In this document: one piece after another, positions 42,900-55,974 of the stretch
Numbering within the stretch: position 1 is the first letter of the stretch
How the letters are laid out: every line of letters begins with the position of its first letter
DNA from: Eledone cirrhosa
Lineage: Eukaryota
Reading direction: 5' to 3'
Assembly: GCA_964016885.1 (NCBI GenBank)
Contig: OZ024745.1
Coordinates: 38,688,001-38,752,000, forward strand
Length of the DNA stretch: 64,000 bases
Program-made: the position numbers and the translations under genes
The notes under the pieces: model-generated
Told to the model about the DNA's origin: nothing
Databases searched by the model: none
What the model saw: the letters and a program-made list of their open reading frames with translations, nothing else

Positions 42900-45060
42900 A
42901 AGCCAAGCAGACGCACTGCCAACAACTTCCAGGCGTCTAACAATGACATACCACACATGTATGGGCTCCGCAATGACCATAAGACAGTCGAGGACCCGAC
43001 AACAGGATCACCAACAAGACCTTTATGCGGATTCAATAGTTATACGTCCCATACTCAAGATGTCCCCAGATGTATGTGACGGTACAGAAGACCTCCTCAG
43101 CAGAATCAGTGAGTGCAACAAAAACAAAAACCTATCCAACTGCATAATAGTCAGTATGGACGTGGTATCACTGTAACATTGATTTTTCTGTGGGAAAATA
43201 TGTAGAGATGATCAGTGAGAGTGAGATGGATTTATGCCACGTCGACACAGACGAACTGGGCCTCCTACTTAGACTTACCTATGACTCTGACTACCTAGAC
43301 AGCCATAACCTTAGCCGTTTCTGCCCCTGTAGACCCATAGAGGCAGACCCCCCTCCACCATAACTTCAATGGCAAAAAAGAGTCCCATGGGAAGGTGGAT
43401 TGGCTGAACCAAAGTCATAAAGTCAGCCCAAAACAAACATCAGGATAGAAAAATGGTCGCATATTCAATAGGGGCTAGTATTAAAACTACCCCAAAGAGC
43501 CACATATTCAAATTCAACGAGAAGATCTACACCCAAAATGGGGGAGCAGCCATTGGCATCAGCATAGCTGGTGACGTTGCCAAACCTTTTATGGTATGGT
43601 GAGAAAGGAGACTCAAATACCTCCTTGATGAGAGCACCATAGACCCCATCATGTACTCTTTTTATATAGACGACATTAATATAGTACATCCCCACAAGAG
43701 AGTACTAACAAGCATGATTTAGAATGTAGGACAATGGAAAGCATCCATCAGATATCAGAGTATAACTGTAACTATCGACTACCCTTCCAAACACCCCAAC
43801 AGTAGACTACCAGCATTAGACACGGAACTCTGGATTAACACTATAGACGAGAGAGCCTACATTCTCCACTGACACTGCGCTAAACCAATGGCCTCCAAAT
43901 ACCTGATACTCAAAAACTCAGCAATGTCCTGTGGTGCTAAGTTTAATATTCTGATCGCAGATTTGGTACGAGTGATGAAGAACATGTCTGGCATGTGCGA
44001 CCCAACATGAATGGAAAGACACATTCAACACTTCATCAACCGGATACAGTTCTCTGGCTAAAACCAAAGAGACAGAATCAGCGTATACGAAGGAGCCATG
44101 TATAAGAACTTCATAGAAATGGACATGAAAGGAATTTGCAGAATATACAGGAGCAAATCATGGAATAGCTCAGGGTACGACAACCAGAGATACCAGAGTG
44201 TCATGTTCGTGGACGCTACCTCTGGAAGGAAATTAGCTAGCCAGTGTAGAAAGGTCATGAGAAAGACCCACTTAAAGAATAAGGTGGTAGAAAAGCCAGG
44301 AACCACCATGACATCCCTGATCAAGAAAATATACCCTTTTAAGAAAATCCACTGTACTAATAGGGAATGTGTTATATGTAAAGTAAACCCCCGGATAAAC
44401 TGTAGTCTATAGCATAAGATGTACAGAGGGTACTTGCAGAAACATGACAACAACATACATAGGTGAGACAGCTCGTAGCATAGGTGAAAGGATAGAGCAA
44501 AACTGGGAGGAACTAAAAGGAAGAAAAAACGATTCAGTAGTATACGAACACGCCAGACAACAACATGACGGTAACATAGACAACATAGAAATTAAAATAT
44601 CTAAACATAGAAATGACCCAGCAGATAGGCAAATCAGAGAGGTCAGTGAAATAGAACTTGGAAGGCCAAAGCTAAACAGAAAAAAATGAATGGAATAACA
44701 ACAACACCCAAACAAACAATACTGACCTAAGAGAAATATAAATAAATAAATAAATATACACACAAGCACAATAACAACAAACACATATAAGCGCTCACTA
44801 GTAAACTAAGATTGAATACGATAAGCAAAACACAGTCACCCAAACGCGAACAGACATCAAACACTATACACACACGAAACGCATGCGCAGAGAAGAAGGC
44901 AAAAATAAATAAATAAATAAATAAACAGATTAAATAAAGATAGCGTAGACATACAACACAACAGGAGGAAACATAATAGCACCACTGATGATGTTGCAGA
45001 TGTGCAATGAAAGAACTTTGTTAGACTATAAATATGTGTGTTTATATCTATATTATATCT
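42900..45060 (+). mobile_element. Penelope-like retroelement (RT + GIY-YIG), 5'-truncated and decayed
   Basis: CIIVSMDVVSL, HIFKFNEKIYTQNGGAAIGISIAGDVA, FYIDDI, DYPSKHPNSRLPALDTELW, KPMASK and SVMFVDATSG..VVEKPG. A Cys-rich linker follows, then VYSIRC..YIGETARS..R..EH..H..RQIRE..LNRK, and a 3' HHR. The Cys-rich linker suggests the Neptune/Nematis group (inference). Confidence 0.9.
44981..45020 (+). ncRNA. Hammerhead ribozyme in the PLE 3' pseudo-LTR
   Basis: acca CTGATGA t-gttgca-gatg-tgcaat GAAAG AA CTT tg. Stem I is weak. Confidence 0.55.
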
Positions 45061-45173
45061 CTATTTTTGACCGTTTGTCAGTCAATGATAAACATTGAGG
45101 ACCGAATAAATTAACTGATATAAAAGATACAGAAGCGAAAACCAATGAAACAGTTAGTGTGTTCTGTTTTTAC

Positions 45174-45776
<603 letters not shown>

Positions 45777-46949
45777 TTAATGTAGATACTAATGTAGATA
45801 CTATTTGGAACGGCTCCTGTTGCGGTTGATTTTATAATCTACCTTACGTTTAGGTACGCTCGCATTTACTCAGCCTTACTGAGAAACATATATACACACA
45901 AATGTGAATACCGCCCTCTCTCTAAATATATATGTGTTTATGAATTGGAGTGGGGACTTTATATATGTTAAATTACACAAAATATTCATCCGAAGCTAGC
46001 GAGACGGACGCAGGTCGGGGCTCTTTTACCACGAATTCTTCAAATGTTACATTATGACATTTCATGCCAGTATGTGTTTACACTGTATATAAATGGACAT
46101 GGCGGCAATTATATACTCTATACATGGGTACATATCAATGCTTAAATATGCATAAAAATACAGAAAAACCTCGATGGAAAACACATTCTATCGATAAAGT
46201 ATTTCTATAAACATAGCAATAACAAATTTCTGTCAAAACTTTCTAAAACGTGCCCTGAAGGGAATTCATTAAAATGTACAAACATGTATATAAAAGGTTA
46301 ATGGTAAATAAAGAAAAAGGAATTTATTCTCGTTTATTTGGCTTGTTGTCGGATACTGCTGGAAGAAATGTGAAAGCATGTATGAAATTTACGGTAAATC
46401 GTTTTATTGGTGGGTATGTTTAAACATTGAAAATATGAATGAATATGTATTGTATATAAACAATAAATTTGCACATGGGGAGATGCTTGTTGGGTCACTA
46501 TTGCTAACACATAAGAAATATAGTTACAGCGGTAAAGGCAAGAGTATGTATTTTCTTCGTAACAACGTTATTTCAAATTAAGTCCCATTGAAAGGTATTT
46601 TGTAAAGGAATGTCTTCTACTACAATCCAAGACTAGACTACGGGTTACGATTGAGAGGACTGAGAGTTGATGATGGAAGAAAATTGCAGAATATATATAT
46701 CAGATTAGAGCCAAAATCACGAGCACTCTATCTCAAAATTATTTTTGGAAAGCATAAGAAAGGCGCAACCGGTAAAAACTTAAAACTAAAACTGAATACT
46801 AACTAATACTTATTACAAATTTATACTTATTCCTAATTAAACTATTTTTCACTGGGAAACATTTATCATCGTTTTCTTTTCCTTTTTACTAATATATCAC
46901 AACTGGTGTGTCACACCTCTATTTTAATATATATATATATATATATATG

Positions 46950-47113
46950 TCCCAAGGCTCTGATACCATCAACACTATAAACACAGAGCTGGGATATCTA
47001 AGAACTGACTAACTGCCTGATGAGGGCATAACCATTCAATGGCTATCATCGATATATATATATCAGTAAATAAAGGATTATGAGTTCATGCAATTGACCT
47101 ATGTTTCGTCACT
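46950..47113 (+). mobile_element. HHR-bearing short element, same family as 59103-59270 (GAAA mutated to GATA)
   Basis: About 160 bp aligns with 59103-59270. CTGATGA at 47017-47023; ends in (TA)n. Confidence 0.75.
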
Positions 47114-47182
47114 ATATATATATATATATATATTATACAATAACAGGAGGCTGGACTGGTGTAATTCCTTAAAATGTTTATT

Positions 47183-47240
47183 ATACTATGATCATTTCAA
47201 TGACAGGGTTCAGTATGAATCCGGTGACATCATCAGGTAT
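47183..47240 (-). ncRNA. Type I hammerhead ribozyme
   Basis: Minus strand: atac CTGATGA tgtcaccggattca-tac-tgaaccctgtcatt GAAA TGATCA TA gtat, then AATAAA. Palindromic stem III, imperfect stem II. Confidence 0.62.
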
Positions 47241-47344
47241 TCGAAATATAACAAAGGAATATAATAGAGAAAATCCATGAAGCTGGATATCATAGACATT
47301 AGGGCGACCGAACATTTAGCAGCTTCTACCCCGGTGGGACGCCT

Positions 47345-47421
<77 letters not shown>

Positions 47422-47677
47422 GTATATATGGAGTTAGGAACTCAAAATAGTCTCTTACAATAAAATAGTTTTAAGAAAGATTTTTACGAGTCGTATATTA
47501 TAATTGAATATGAAAGAAAAACGAACAGAGATATATGCATATATGTGTTCAAATCGCAAAGGACCAGATTCGCTAAGGTGAACAGAATACTAACTATAGA
47601 CAATAGGGTCTGCCTCTCTCAATTTAAGAAACAATCAAGAACATAAATACAAACCGGAATTGTGGTAACTACTAATC

Positions 47678-47751
47678 ACGCAGACAGCTCTTGGTGCTGT
47701 TTCGCAATATTAATTGTGAATAGAAATACCAATTCTTGCTCATCAGTGGGT
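47678..47751 (-). ncRNA. Type I hammerhead ribozyme with a full stem III
   Basis: Minus strand: accca CTGATGA gcaa..aattg..caatt..ttgc GAAAC AGC-accaaga-GCT GTC tgcgt. Canonical GUC triplet. Confidence 0.75.
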
Positions 47752-48785
47752 CACAAATTAGTATCCTAACACTTGTAAGTATATTAAGGCACTGAATAGT
47801 GTGCTATATATAATAACGCACATGGTATCTTAGAGTGTCTCACAAACTTACACAACTAAAAATAGCAGCCAGGTTTATTCGACATTTTAAATAGCTCAAC
47901 AAATTAACGGAGCCGAATATATCAAAGATATATTGAGTTAGGAACTCGAAACATCCATATACATGTAACTAAACATATTTTCCAAAATATTTTAAAATTA
48001 TATATCAAAAATATGTTTAGTCAATAGAAAATATAGTATGTATGTTGTCTCAAGTACACATTCATACAATGCCCTATATAAATACTAAAATAAAGGTACT
48101 TAATATACAAAAAGAAGAAGCAGCTACCAAAAAAATAATACCATTGTGTAGTTCAAAACACATGGTATGTATGTGTACATATTATGAACATATTCATGGT
48201 GACAAATAATCCATGTTAAACAGGAGAAAAGAACTGTACCATACACACAAAAAGAAAACGAAAAATATTCGGTTATGAATTGTTGAAATATACTATATCA
48301 AATTTTGTATCTAAAAACATAAAAACGTTCTGAATAAATTCTTATGTGTAGCTACCGATAAAAATATTTTGTGACCCAATTTTAATAAAAACAGTCTATA
48401 TTCTCACATACTAGAAATACCCAGAGGCATACCAGAAACACATCAGTTTATATAATATGAAATATTATATATATTCGACATTGTGCATTGCAAGCGATCA
48501 AAGAATCGCCTATATTCAAATTTCACATGGAAAACATTTACTGATTACATTTACAAATCTCTTGTTTTCTGAGTACACTATATTTGTTGTTGCATTTAAC
48601 TTTATAGTATGTGATTGAATCACACTCATACTTAAATTCTCTCTCTCACACGCACTTTCTCTCTGATTCTATGTGTGTATGTATGTATGCGTGTGTGTAT
48701 GTGTGCAATTATTTTTCCCTTTATGTTAATCTATTTCCACCACTCCCCCCTCACACCCTCTTGGAAATGGTATCCTTCCCACCTG

Positions 48786-48820
48786 TCTCCTGATGAAGGG
48801 CTTAAGCCCGAAACGTCGTC
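48786..48820 (+). ncRNA. Hammerhead ribozyme core in a short PLE-type 3' end
   Basis: CTGATGA a-gggc-ttaa-gccc GAAAC GTC. The stem I partner is degenerate. The element runs ~48720-48905 into (TA)n. Confidence 0.55.
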
Positions 48821-49017
48821 CCCCACCCCCACTCTCAAGCGTGAACCTAATAACAACACTGTTCGTGACTACACGCTTTGATATTGTTTTTGTTTTTTAC
48901 TTTGATATATATATATATATATATATACACCTTTTGATACATATATATATACATATATATACATATATATACATATATATACATATATACATATATATAT
49001 ATGTATATATATATATA

Positions 49018-49237
49018 GGAACGATCGACTTTCGTCAAATCGGACCGAGGGAACAATGTTTCCGTTGGTCTTTCCAATTGCTAATAATATCTATCGGTCG
49101 CAACTCCAGGTAGAAGTTGCAACGTGAAATAAAGTGTCTTGCTCAAGGACATAACGCATCACCTGGTCCAGGAATCGAACTCACAACCTTACGATTGCGA
49201 ATCCAATTCTCTAACCACTCAGCCACACGCCTTCACC
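49018..49237 (-). mobile_element. SINE family B
   Basis: Aligns with 10742-10960 and is embedded in (TA)n. Confidence 0.82.
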
Positions 49238-49462
49238 TATATATATATATATACATACATAATAGATCGTTCTTAGAGCTGATCGACAGTGAAACGTATG
49301 TAATATGCAATTAAATATGTATATGATGCAACACTGATTCGTTATTCCCTTATATATTAATACTATTGATACTTCCACACCCAACCAAGATCCTCGAGGG
49401 CTTATCCGGCATACTGCCTATGGACGCAATTAACGTGTACCTTAACCCCTATATACACACAC

Positions 49463-49720
<258 letters not shown>

Positions 49721-49932
49721 TATATATAGTAATAATAATAATGATACTATTTAAAGTTATGTATACACTATATACAACTATAAACAGGAAAAGTCAGTAA
49801 TTTATTACTATCTTATTACCAGTAATTTCTATATATATATAATTTATATATATATATATATATATATAATTTATATATATATATATATAATTTATATATA
49901 TATATAATTTTTATATATATATATATATATAT

Positions 49933-51425
49933 CGAGGCCTGTAAGATCTTCATTAGGCAGTGACGGTTCACAGAAACAAAAGGCTTCGTAAAGTCAATGA
50001 AAACCATGACCGCAGGAAGTCACTTTGCTCTAGTTCCCTCTAATATCATCCTCAGCATCAGGATGTGACTGGTGGTTGATCTTCCCCCCTCTGAAGCCGT
50101 TCTGGTTGTCCCTGAGCTTCTTCTCCACCTCGTGCTGGATCCTGTTAAGAATCATCCTGTTAAGGGTCTTTGCCACAAATGACGTCAGTGAGATCCCCCT
50201 GTAGTTGTTTTTGTTAGAGAGATCTCACCTCTTTGGCCCTGGGACGATGTTACTGATCCTCCTCTGATTCGGGGCAACTCCATTCTCCAGTGCCTGTTTA
50301 CCGAACCCCAGAAATGATATCATCAAAATCACACCTCTTCATTACCTCTGATTTCACTCCATATTCTCCATGAGCCTTGCCCTCCTTGATCTTCTTCTTG
50401 GATCTCTGAAGCTACTCTCTGGTGAAGGGCTCTGTCTCAATATACAGTTCTTCAAACAGCTGCCTGATTTCCCCAGTGTTCTGGGCTATGGAGGGCGTTT
50501 CTCCTCGTTAGTGGACCTGATATCACTGCTCTACACCAACACCAAACCTCGGTCATTACTTTGAGATACTGGCTGGAGTGTTCCAGGGAGATACATTGGC
50601 TCCCTACCGTTTTATGATCGTAGTGGACTATTGTATGCGCCTTGCACTGGAGAAACACCAGGACTCTGGCTTTACTGTAACACCGGCTCAGAGCAGGGGA
50701 GGTAAGGCGTAAAAGATACCGGATGCTGAATTTGTCGACGAAGTCGAGACTGTGTCGATGAGTGTGGTGCTGATAATGAATGAGAGTAAGCTAACATGTC
50801 TTGTAGAGAATGTTGAGAAGCCAGAGGGGATTACTAATGCAGGCGGGAAGCCGTTGGAATTAGTTGAGGACTTCCTGTATTTGGGAGCAAAGATTGGGAA
50901 TACGGAAGATGATGTGGTTGAGAGGAAAACAAAACCTGAGCGTTGTGCCACAGTTTGAGATCAGTGTGGAAGTCAGACCTTCGTGAAGACCTGAATATCC
51001 GCCTCTTCATTGATGAAGTGGAGTCTGTGCTGCTGTACGTGTCTGAGACTTGGACACTGGCCACGAAACACACTCAGATGGTGGATGGGTGCCACACGAG
51101 AATGCTGAGGATGGCTCAGCACATTAATCAGTATACACTGAGGATGAAGATATCAGAGTTGCATTTCAGCTCAAAAGTGATACAGAGGGCACTGAGGTTA
51201 GCTGGACATGCTCACCGACATCCAGAGTTGACACTGCACTCAGAGTACCTGTGAAAGCCCTTGCATGGACACACTGGAAGAGGAAGACCAAGGTTAACGT
51301 ATGATGATTCCCTAAGGACATACACTGTTCTGTTAGAGACGCAGGACATGGCAGCGATAATGAGGGACAGAGACCGCTGGAGAGTACTCGTCTCTGGATC
51401 TCGTGAATTTTACCCGCCCTAGAGA
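49933..51425. mobile_element. RTE-clade LINE fragment with its 5' part inverted
   Basis: Minus 50500-49933: KEGKAHGEYGV..NYRGISLTSFVAKTLNRMILNRI..NQNGFRGGRST..VFIDFTKPF.SV..LMKILQA. Plus from ~50503: LVDLISLLYTNT..GVFQGDTLAPY.F..VEDFLYLG..VESVLLYVSETWTL..DGCHTRMLR..LRLAGH. Confidence 0.85.
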
Positions 51426-51820
51426 GATAGATATCTCGAAACTCGAGTCACTAATTAATAAACATAATGAAGACACAACAAATCGTCCTTTTCATTGTTA
51501 TACATTTACACACTGCTCACTAATGCACCTCTATATTTAGTGGAATGTACGAATCGACTGCTTCTTCTGGTGAACCTACAGGAAATCGATATATATATAT
51601 ATATATACATACACATACACACACACACAAATATATATATATATATATACATATATATATGCAATTGTGTATATATATATATATATATACTCATAAACAA
51701 AAGGGATATTCAATTTGTTGGTAATTCAACAAATATAAATTCAAAGCACTCGACAAGTTTTCTGGAATATAATATTCAATGATGTTAAATAAATGGACAC
51801 TATATTTATGAAACCATATT

Positions 51821-51881
51821 TATTTTATTATATATATTTCAAGAGTACCAACACTTTGGTACGATCTCATCAGATAAAATA
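51821..51881 (-). ncRNA. Type I hammerhead ribozyme
   Basis: Minus strand: tattttat CTGATGA gatcgtaccaa-agtg-ttggtactctt GAAA tatata TA ataaaata; 8-bp stem I. Confidence 0.72.
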
Positions 51882-51976
51882 CAAAGTTTGTTTTATAAAT
51901 ATTGACATAATCAGGAATGAAAACTTTACGGTTCAGGTTTTTCCTGGTTATTTCAATATTTATAAAACAAACTTTG

Positions 51977-52037
51977 TATTTTATCTGATGAGGGCGTGCC
52001 AAAGATTTGGTACCCTTGAAATATATATAATAGAATA
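51977..52037 (+). ncRNA. Type I hammerhead ribozyme
   Basis: tattttat CTGATGA gggcgtgccaaa-ga-tttggtaccctt GAAA tatata TA atagaata. Confidence 0.72.
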
Positions 52038-52108
52038 AATATGGTTTTATAAATATAGTTTCCATTTATTTAATATCATTGTATATATACATATATACAT
52101 ATATATAC

Positions 52109-52194
<86 letters not shown>

Positions 52195-52198
<4 letters not shown>

Positions 52199-52903
52199 AA
52201 AAAAGAGAGAAATAGGACGAAGGTAAACAGTTACAAAAGAATTTAATCCACGTATTAACAATTGTTTCATCAGAATTTCAGTCCATTATTGCTACACTAT
52301 GTAATAATAGGCAATCAAGAAAGATACTGTAGCATCCGAATTTTCAAAATACAAAGTTGGTATGACCTTAGGTGGTGTGAGAGGATTTGTATAGAATATA
52401 GTTAAGTTACAAGAAGGGAGGTGGAGGAGGGTTGTGTGCTAAAAAGTTGTGATGAGTAGAGGGAGCTAGAAGGAAGATATAATTTTAAGTGGCATTTGGT
52501 AGTGGACAGGCGAAAGTCTTACCAGAGAACAGATGAAGGAAGAAAGTATTAAATGTTATATATAGTCTATTTTTAGGAGTGTAGAATTGTTATTTAGGGT
52601 AGAAAAGTAGTGTTCAGATTTAGTTGAAGGTTTGAAGTGTGAGAATTTCGCTTTCAGTTTATGCTGGCAAAAAATTGACCTTTCCATTTTGTTGTTGAGT
52701 AGTTGGTGGCTTGAGCTTAGGATATGGAAGAGCTCATTATTACACAACGGGCACGTTTTCATCCCACTCCGGTATGGAGGAGCATGTGAGAGTTTGGTCC
52801 ATTTAAGGGTGTATTGTCGGTTATTCCACTTTAAGTGCCAAATTTTGTCGGCGAGAGTCGTTACGTAACTTGTTCTACCAAGCTTTGGAATACTCCTAAT
52901 TAC

Positions 52904-52905
<2 letters not shown>
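52195..52905 (-). mobile_element. Penelope-like element 3' end (GIY-YIG C-terminus + tail)
   Basis: TTLADKIWHLK..YTLKW..HAPPY..CPLCNNE..I..LLN.K.E..CQHK. The tail has CTGATGAAACAATTGTT (52257-52273, minus), which looks like an HHR lacking stem II. Flanked by (TA)n. Confidence 0.8.
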
Positions 52906-53001
<96 letters not shown>

Positions 53002-53338
53002 ATTGTATATATATATAATGTAAAGTGACCAGTGAAAAAAACTTAAACTTGGTACATCTACATATGTATACGTGTGTGTATTCATATACATACTAGTATT
53101 TCAGTATACATATATGGATGTACATCTTTAACTTAATTGTTTAAGCGTCAGTCATACAAAAGTGAGTTACAAACGAAACGAAATTTAATTTCGTTTCGTT
53201 ATTTGTTTTTATCGTCTCCGTTGAACCGGTACTTACTCACACTCTATGCAAATTAGTCTGCCCACTACTAATTTTCATAGAAAAAGCATATAACGATCTG
53301 TGCTTTTACGATTCTCTAGAGATGCCGGAAGATAGGTA

Positions 53339-53383
53339 AATATTGCTGATGAGTTGTAACAACAACGAAACTAGTTCAATATT
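53339..53383 (+). ncRNA. Type I hammerhead ribozyme (copy 1 of 4)
   Basis: aatattg CTGATGA gttg-taacaa-caac GAAAC TA GTT caatatt: perfect 7-bp stem I, 4-bp stem II, palindromic ACTAGT stem III, GUU triplet. Confidence 0.85.
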
Positions 53384-53806
53384 CCTTGTCTGGCTTTCTG
53401 GAGAATAGAGGAAAGGTGTTTCCTCAAAAACCAGTATGACTCTAAAAACCGGTTTGTCTGTGTGTTTACATACAGAATAGCTGGCCACTCACAGTAAAGT
53501 GACCAGTGAAAAAAACTTGGTACATCTACATATGTATACGTGTGTGTATTCATATACATACTAGTATTTCAGTATACATATATGGATGTGCATCTTTAAC
53601 TTAATTGTTTAAGCGTCAGTCATACAAAAGTGAGTTACAAACGAAACGAAATTTAATTTCGTTTCGTTATTTGTTTTTATCGTCTCCGTTGAACCGGTAC
53701 TTACTCACACTCTATGCAAATTAGTCTGCCCACTACTAATTTTCATAGAAAAAGCATATAACGATATGTGCTTTTACGATTCTCTAGAGAGGCCGGAAGA
53801 TAGGTA

Positions 53807-53851
53807 AATATTGCTGATGAGTTGTAACAACAACGAAACTAGTTCAATATT
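53807..53851 (+). ncRNA. Type I hammerhead ribozyme (copy 2)
   Basis: Identical to copy 1, +468. Confidence 0.85.
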
Positions 53852-54274
53852 CCTTGTCTGGCTTTCTGGAGAATAGAGGAAAGGTGTTTCCTCAAAAACC
53901 AGTATGACTCTAAAAACCGGTTTGTCTGTGTGTTTACATACAGAATAGCTGGCCACTCACAGTAAAGTGACCAGTGAAAAAAACTTGGTACATCTACATA
54001 TGTATACGTGTGTGTATTCATATACATACTAGTATTTCAGTATACATATATGGCTGTACATCTTTAACTTAATTGTTTAAGCGTCAGTCATACAAAAGTG
54101 AGTTACAAACGAAACGAAATTTAATTTCGTTTCGTTATTTGTTTTTATCGTCTCCGTTGAACCGGTACTTACTCACACTCTATGCAAATTAGTCTGCCCA
54201 CTACTAATTTTCATAGAAAAAGCATATAACGATACGTGCTTTTACGATTCTCTAGAGAGGCCGGAAGATAGGTA

Positions 54275-54319
54275 AATATTGCTGATGAGTTGTAACAACA
54301 ACGAAACTAGTTCAATATT
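54275..54319 (+). ncRNA. Type I hammerhead ribozyme (copy 3)
   Basis: Identical to copy 1, +936. Confidence 0.85.
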
Positions 54320-54742
54320 CCTTGTCTGGCTTTCTGGAGAATAGAGGAAAGGTGTTTCCTCAAAAACCAGTATGACTCTAAAAACCGGTTTGTCTGTGTG
54401 TTTACATACTGAATAGCTGGCCACTCACAGTAAAGTGACCAGTGAAAAAAACTTGGTACATCTACATATGTATACGTGTGTGTATTCATATACATACTAG
54501 TATGTCAGTATACATATATGGATGTACATCTTTAACTTAATTGTTTAAGCGTCAGTCATACAAAAGTGAGTTACAAACGAAACGAAATTTAATTTCGTTT
54601 CGTTATTTGTTTTTATCGTCTCCGTTGAACCGGTACTTACTCACACTCTATGCAAATTAGTCTGCCCACTACTAATTTTCATAGAAAAAGCATATAACGA
54701 TATGTGCTTTTACGATTCTCTAGAGAGGCCGGAAGATAGGTA

Positions 54743-54787
54743 AATATTGCTGATGAGTTGTAACAACAACGAAACTAGTTCAATATT
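54743..54787 (+). ncRNA. Type I hammerhead ribozyme (copy 4)
   Basis: Identical to copy 1, +1404. Confidence 0.85.
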
Positions 54788-55974
54788 CCTTGTCTGGCTT
54801 TCTGGAGAATAGAGGAAAGGTGTTTCCTCAAAAACCAGTATGACTCTAAAAACCGGTTTGTCTGTGTGTTTACATACAGAATAGCTGGCCACTCACAGTA
54901 AAGTGACCAGTGAAAAAAACTTGGTACATCTACATATGTATACGTGTGTGTATTCTTATACATACTAGTATTTCAGTATACATATATGGATGTACATCTT
55001 TAACTTAATTGTTTAAGCGTCAGTCATACAAAAGTGAGTTACAAACGAAACGAAATTTAATTTCGTTTCGTTATTTGTTTTTATATATATATACATATAT
55101 ATATATATATGCAATTGTATATATGTGTATATATATATGCAATTGTATATATATATACACATATATACAATTGCATATGTGTGTGAGAGAGATTGTTTTT
55201 GTATACATGTTGAGGATATCATGTGATGATCGCCATGCTATACATAACTTTTTCGTCACATTTTAAATTAGCTTTTCGTTCAAATTTATATACAGTTTTA
55301 TGAGATAATGTATGCGTAATATATTACACCCAGACAATTTTCATTTATTCCTTTATTTATAGACTACATTTTTTATGTTAAAATCTGTACAGAAAATCGA
55401 ATTCTGATAGATTTTTAATATTTTGTTTTCTGCATATATTGGTTTGCGAATGTGTGTGAATTACAGAGTCTCATACTGAATGTCTCATAACAATTTTATA
55501 CCTCCTGTATTTATATGTTAAAATACACTTTTGTGTGAATATGTTTATGCGGATACATATTTATCTGTGTGCATTGATATGGCTGCAAGTATATAATATA
55601 AATTTGTCTATATATAGATATCCATATATTAATATATAATATTATATTCATGCATTTAACATTAATTGCCCTACTTTACGATTCAATGTCCAGTTATACC
55701 TTCCACGGCAGTATGAATATAAAACTTGTGCTTGCAACAGATGAAAGGGGACAGTTTTTTGATCGCAATTCCACTCATTCTGTACCACTGCATTCAGTCT
55801 GCAGTGTTGATCATAACTGGACATTGAAACGTAAGGCAGCGCATTACATGTTATGATTATGAACATAAGTATGTACTAAATCTGTTCTCTAGCACTAGAT
55901 TTATAGATTTCCCCCTTTTTTTCTTTATTTCCATCCCCTGCTATTTTTGTTGCATATATATGAATATATATAGC

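Larger units (their letters stand above)
51690..52082. mobile_element. Head-to-head HHR-bearing insertion in (TA)n
   Basis: Imperfect palindrome 51777-52081. The minus arm extends ~90 bp further to (TA)n. Homologous to 56916-58286. Confidence 0.82.
53020..55084 (+). repeat. 468-bp tandem array (4.4 units), one hammerhead ribozyme per unit; retrozyme-like
   Basis: Exact 468-bp period (CTGATGA at 53346, 53814, 54282, 54750). Units differ by only a few substitutions, and the array is flanked by (TA)n. Confidence 0.93.

Noticed and set aside
49266-49306. CTTAGA gctg/cagt GAAAC GTAT GTA, possible decayed HHR
   Set aside because: The core needs a substitution plus a deletion and stem I is poor; too weak to call.
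53306-54963. Repeated 60-62 aa minus-strand ORFs, or a CRISPR-like array
   Set aside because: These are by-products of the 468-bp repeat with no recognisable domain. There are no unique spacers or cas genes, and the context is eukaryotic.
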